Below are positions 60,226 to 64,000 of a DNA stretch of 64,000 nucleotides, piece after piece (the first letter of the stretch is position 1; every line of letters begins with the position of its first letter). The translations under genes and the position numbers were made by a program. The stretch spans positions 4,278,001 to 4,342,000 of the forward strand of contig JBLDXI010000042.1 of NCBI GenBank assembly GCA_047495785.1, given 5' to 3'. Under the pieces are notes generated by a model, which was not told the DNA's origin, ran no database searches, and worked only from the letters and a program-made list of their open reading frames with translations. This DNA is from Lepidodermella squamata. Its lineage: Eukaryota; Animalia; Gastrotricha.

Positions 60226-60425
60226 CATGTGACGTAGATGTTGACGGACGCAGGACTACCCCGATTTTTCGCCTGAGCCATGAAACAAGAATATTCAGAA
60301 ATTCGGCCCGGCCTTTGCATCAAAACAATGATAAATCGAACGAGATAATTTTCTTATATTTTTTCGCGATGTTTTCAGGCAAAAAATCGGGGTAGTCCTG
60401 CGTCCGTCAATATCTACGTCACATG
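60226..60425. mobile_element. hAT-like MITE, 200 bp, 8-bp TSD
   Basis: AAGTTAGC flanks both ends; ~50-bp near-perfect TIR CATGTGACGTAGAT(G/A)TTGACGGACGCAGGACTACCCCGATTTTT. Confidence 0.92.
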
Positions 60426-60699
60426 AAGTTAGCGGTAACAAAATTTAGGTATTAGCGTAACTGGATGAAGTGGCCGAAATTAGGGCATCCGGTTCCGTAA
60501 TCCCGGCCAAGAGTCTAGGTGACTACAAAATAGCGATAAATCAAGATAAAAATCGTCTAGACTGGCGGGAGCCAGCATTTGATAGCCCAAGGACCAAGGA
60601 CTCCTGTATAATTATGTATTTGCCGAATATTTTCTAAAAATTCACCTGGCTGGCTAGGTAGGAAGTAGGAAAACCAAAAAAGTGGCCGATTTTAAGGCG

Positions 60700-60927
60700 G
60701 GATGCTCTATTAAACTTTAAAATGAGCATTTTTCCGATTTTTAACGTGAATTCGAAATTTTGATGCTGGCAGTAGAGCTGAACCGAATTCTCCAATGTCG
60801 CGACGGTCATAACCTTTCGACAAGTGAGTAAATGACCGACAACCGCACAGCAGCGTTGAAACAATTTCTTCATCCTTGCAAAGAAGGCGTTTCCGAAGAA
60901 ATTCAACCATGGAACCAGGATATAGCC
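60700..60927 (-). pseudogene. Decayed fragment of the kinase last exon
   Basis: RLYPGSMVEFLRKRLLCKDE..LLCG..KGYDRRDI aligns with RLYSGSLVEILWKRLLLKNE..MLCG..KGYGHRDI, with deletions and loss of HRD. Confidence 0.7.
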
Positions 60928-61020
60928 TAAAACAGAAAAATATAAGTTTGACGTTAAAAATCGGATCGAAATGTAATCCGTTCATTGCAATTTGTTATTA
61001 AATTAATTTGATACAATTTA

Positions 61021-62010
61021 AGCAACCTTGTGACCTTTGCGGAATTACTTGTAATATTACTCAAAATCAGCAGAATTTATTCGATTTTTCCTACGCTGCC
61101 AACCATCTGTGTAGGTATTTATATCGGATTCATCGAAAGCCAGATCTCCCTTAAGGTTATTATTTATTGATTTTTATAGTGATTACGTGTTACGTGTTAC
61201 GTACGGACTACGAGTCGCGCCTCCGGTGCAGGTCCTTCAGAAGTGGAGAAAGCATGGCACATTGAGCGAATCAATGCTGTGACACCGTTGTCTCCATGCC
61301 TCCAAGACTTCATCATGAAGCATAACTCGCCATATCGCCGGCTTCTAGCGTCTGAAGCGTGGAGCAGTGATCAAGTCAACAGCTTTGCACAACGAGCTCT
61401 CTGCATATTGATGACATCAACTCGAGCTTTTAGCCTGAAGAACTGCGGTTATAGCTTCGACAGGCTTATTTGCATAACCCAGAAGTCTGCCAACACAGTT
61501 TCCATCCATGCAGTTACCGATCAAAATAAACGGCTGCCCATCACCATGATAGGTTTAAAGTTAAAAGTCCCTCCAAGCACATATTGAACACTCAAAGTTC
61601 CCCTAAGAACTTATGACGATTGATATTTCTTTTTTCTTTTATCGAGTATATATTCATAGTGCCTCCGCGAGGATACTGTGCTTAAGTCGGCTAGCTTCAG
61701 TATCTTCAGAGCGAAAGGGACATGGCGAAGTTTGTTAAGGGTGACTACGTGATGTCTGGTCAACTCATTCGAACTGGATGGTTATAATGGTGTGCAGCAA
61801 TTAGCAATTGTCGTAAGAACTTAAGACGATTTGTATTCTTTTATCTTTTTTCTACACATTCTGCATCGATGGCTGACGTGCTACGACGGGGCTAATCGAC
61901 TATTCGACTGCGATCAAGACTGGAGCCAACTTGCTTCAATCGCAGAAGAGCAATTGCCTGGCCATATCGCTGGTTTTCCCGTTTTAAAACCTTGGAAAAC
62001 CCAGAACTGT
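61021..62010 (+). pseudogene. Inverted, decayed paralog of the zinc-finger kinase
   Basis: Fragments PCDLCGITCNITQNQQNLFDFS, GYSFDRLI and WSQLASIAEEQLPGHIAGFPVLKP match the N-terminus, N-lobe and C-terminus of 57920-59932; catalytic loop not found. Confidence 0.65.
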
Positions 62011-62947
62011 TGCAAAAACCATATTTTTAAAGTCATTCTAAACTGACGACTCTACTGAGGCTGAACTTTTCTTTCTCATTATCGAGCTATTAATCATCTT
62101 GCTCATTAAATGGACCGTTATCAAGCACTTTATCCCATATGACTATTTGTGATCAGTTGGCCTCGGTTGTCATTATAAATGCGACGACTATTTTCGGGCA
62201 GTACGGTATTTAAAATGAGTGAAATGGCAATGAGAGAATTATGCTTCGAATCTATTCATGTCCCATTTAAGGACACGCTATTCTAATTCAACTCACCCAA
62301 ATGGATAACGCTGTGTCGGATCCTCGCAAAATCTGGCTCTCCATACTTGCGCCGAGTACTTTAAAATCTGCATTTCGACCCACTTTCAGACGAAACCCGG
62401 CCATGGCACAGTCTAGGAAGGACTTGAGCAGACAGGAAATCAGCAGATATTCATTCAGTCGCTCGAGTAGATAGTAGGTGCAGAGAAGCAGCATCGATTT
62501 CTGGTTTCTGGATCACACTAGTTAAAATACACGGGTTCCATAAGGAAAACTGACTACAGAAATATGAAATACCTTACCTCATGAGTATCAGCTGTTAAGA
62601 CTTGGAAATCATAAATTTAAAAATTCTCTCTAAAATATCTGTGATGAGACAGAAACAAAAAATGTCCAATTACGAATATGTGATTCATCGGGATTAATAT
62701 TTTAATCCAAGCACAGGGAAATATATTCACCGAAGACAGAATGTGCGCAATATATTGAAAAGTGCATCACTAAATATCGTTTTCACCTGAAAAATGAGAA
62801 AATACTATCGCCATATGGCAAGAAGATTCGAATGCAAGTTTTTCATCATACACGTCTGAGCAACAAGAAACGAGTAGAAAGGATTATTTTATCCTTTTGT
62901 TCAGAATGGTAGTTTACTGATATGAAGGAATATGAATAGCGAAAAAT

Positions 62948-64000
62948 TCAGCATCCCCAGTCGTAAGGCTGGTCGATTTCAGCCTGAACGTTGAGGCCGG
63001 AGCTTGTACCGCGGCGTTGTTGAGTCGGGGCGTGCTGGTACGGGTTGGAAACACCACGGCCCAAACCACCGCTGTAAGCACCGCGAGAGCTCATCAATTG
63101 AGCAGTTGACGGCACGAAGGGTTCAGGCTCGGTTTTCCGGACAACCGGCCCTAATACACTGACCCGGCTATTGCTTGCCTGGCTATTCGCATACCCACGT
63201 TCGGCATCCATTCGCAGCTGAGAATCACGCGATCCGGCGTTTTCGGCTGCCAGACGCTCTTCTAGCAGCTTGACGCGCGTCAAATGGCTGTGAACGACGA
63301 GATGAATACGCAGAGAACGAAGGTTCCGAATTGTCACGTTGCATAGCTTGCAGGTGACCTGAAAAAATCAGTCATAAATTCAGTCAAAAGTTTACAGCTC
63401 AAAATGCTCAGAAAAGCCTACCGTTTCAAATTCGACGCCTTCCTCTAAGATCATTTTCAGCTCGGCGAGGTTTCGCTGCAAGTCCCTTAAACTCCAGCCC
63501 TCATCCGCCTCGTTTTGATCGGCCGAATCCCGAATTCCCATATTCGACATGGCTGAATTCAACGAAGCAGCAGCTGCATGATTTCCGGCTTCAAACGCCC
63601 TGGTCACATTTCTGCGATCACGGCCGTCGTGCATCTTGGGGGAGATCACTCTCAACACGTTACGCGGCGGCTGCTTCGCCGTTTCCTTCAGGCCCCAATT
63701 CGGCTGGATGGCAGGCGGAAATTCAATGTCAAGAATCGGCTGACGCTCGCGGATTTCGAACAGCTGAATAGCCGCTTCGATCATGAGTTGCTGCGTTTTT
63801 CGGAACTGAGTCGCGTTTTGCGTAATCACCGGGTTGGCCCGGTCTATCATCAAGTTGACACTGTCGCGGATCGAATTGATCAAAACCAGGTCATCCTGGG
63901 TGATTTTCGCATCCAGGGATAGGTAGAAGTCGTGGTCTAGAAACGCGGGATGCATGGTTGACGGATCTGGGCCGAGACCACACAGAATTCCAATCGGATA
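62948..64000 (-). CDS. TDRD9: 3' end of ATP-dependent RNA helicase TDRD9/spindle-E (piRNA pathway); exons >64000-63422 and 63358-62948
   Basis: GILCGLGPDP..LDHDFYLSLDAKITQDDLVLINSIRDSVN matches the recalled TDRD9 C-terminal motif GVLCGLG..HDMELAFDVQFSVED..VNILR..IN, followed by a spindle-E-type finger VTCKLCN..LRIHLVVHSH. The gene continues beyond the window. Confidence 0.82.

Overview
Eukaryotic (invertebrate metazoan) genomic DNA with short GT-AG introns (many about 50-65 nt); the taxon cannot be fixed from sequence alone. The left two thirds (about 0.6-42 kb) is a duplication-rich accessory island. It holds eight intronless, co-oriented, highly divergent Cys-loop (pLGIC) receptor subunit genes in two subfamilies, all lacking the acetylcholine-binding aromatic box. 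It also holds two intronless PQQ-like beta-propeller genes with signal peptide and GPI-like tail (candidate horizontal acquisitions), two copies of a hidden two-exon gene for a small secreted cationic protein that the ORF track does not show intact, and two multi-exon PMP22/claudin-superfamily tetraspan genes flanking the second receptor subfamily. One tetraspan gene has an alternative first exon that swaps TM1 and the first extracellular loop. The right third holds conserved genes (UFM1, RALGAPA, GAPDH, 3' end of TDRD9/spindle-E) plus a Cys/His-finger protein kinase with two decayed paralog fragments. Several non-autonomous DNA transposons/MITEs with visible TIRs and TSDs and a Tc1/mariner transposase relic are interspersed. 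The best candidate for an undescribed system is an expanding orphan Cys-loop chemoreceptor-like array co-located with secreted/surface effector genes and claudin-like possible auxiliary subunits. All alignments and counts were done by eye.
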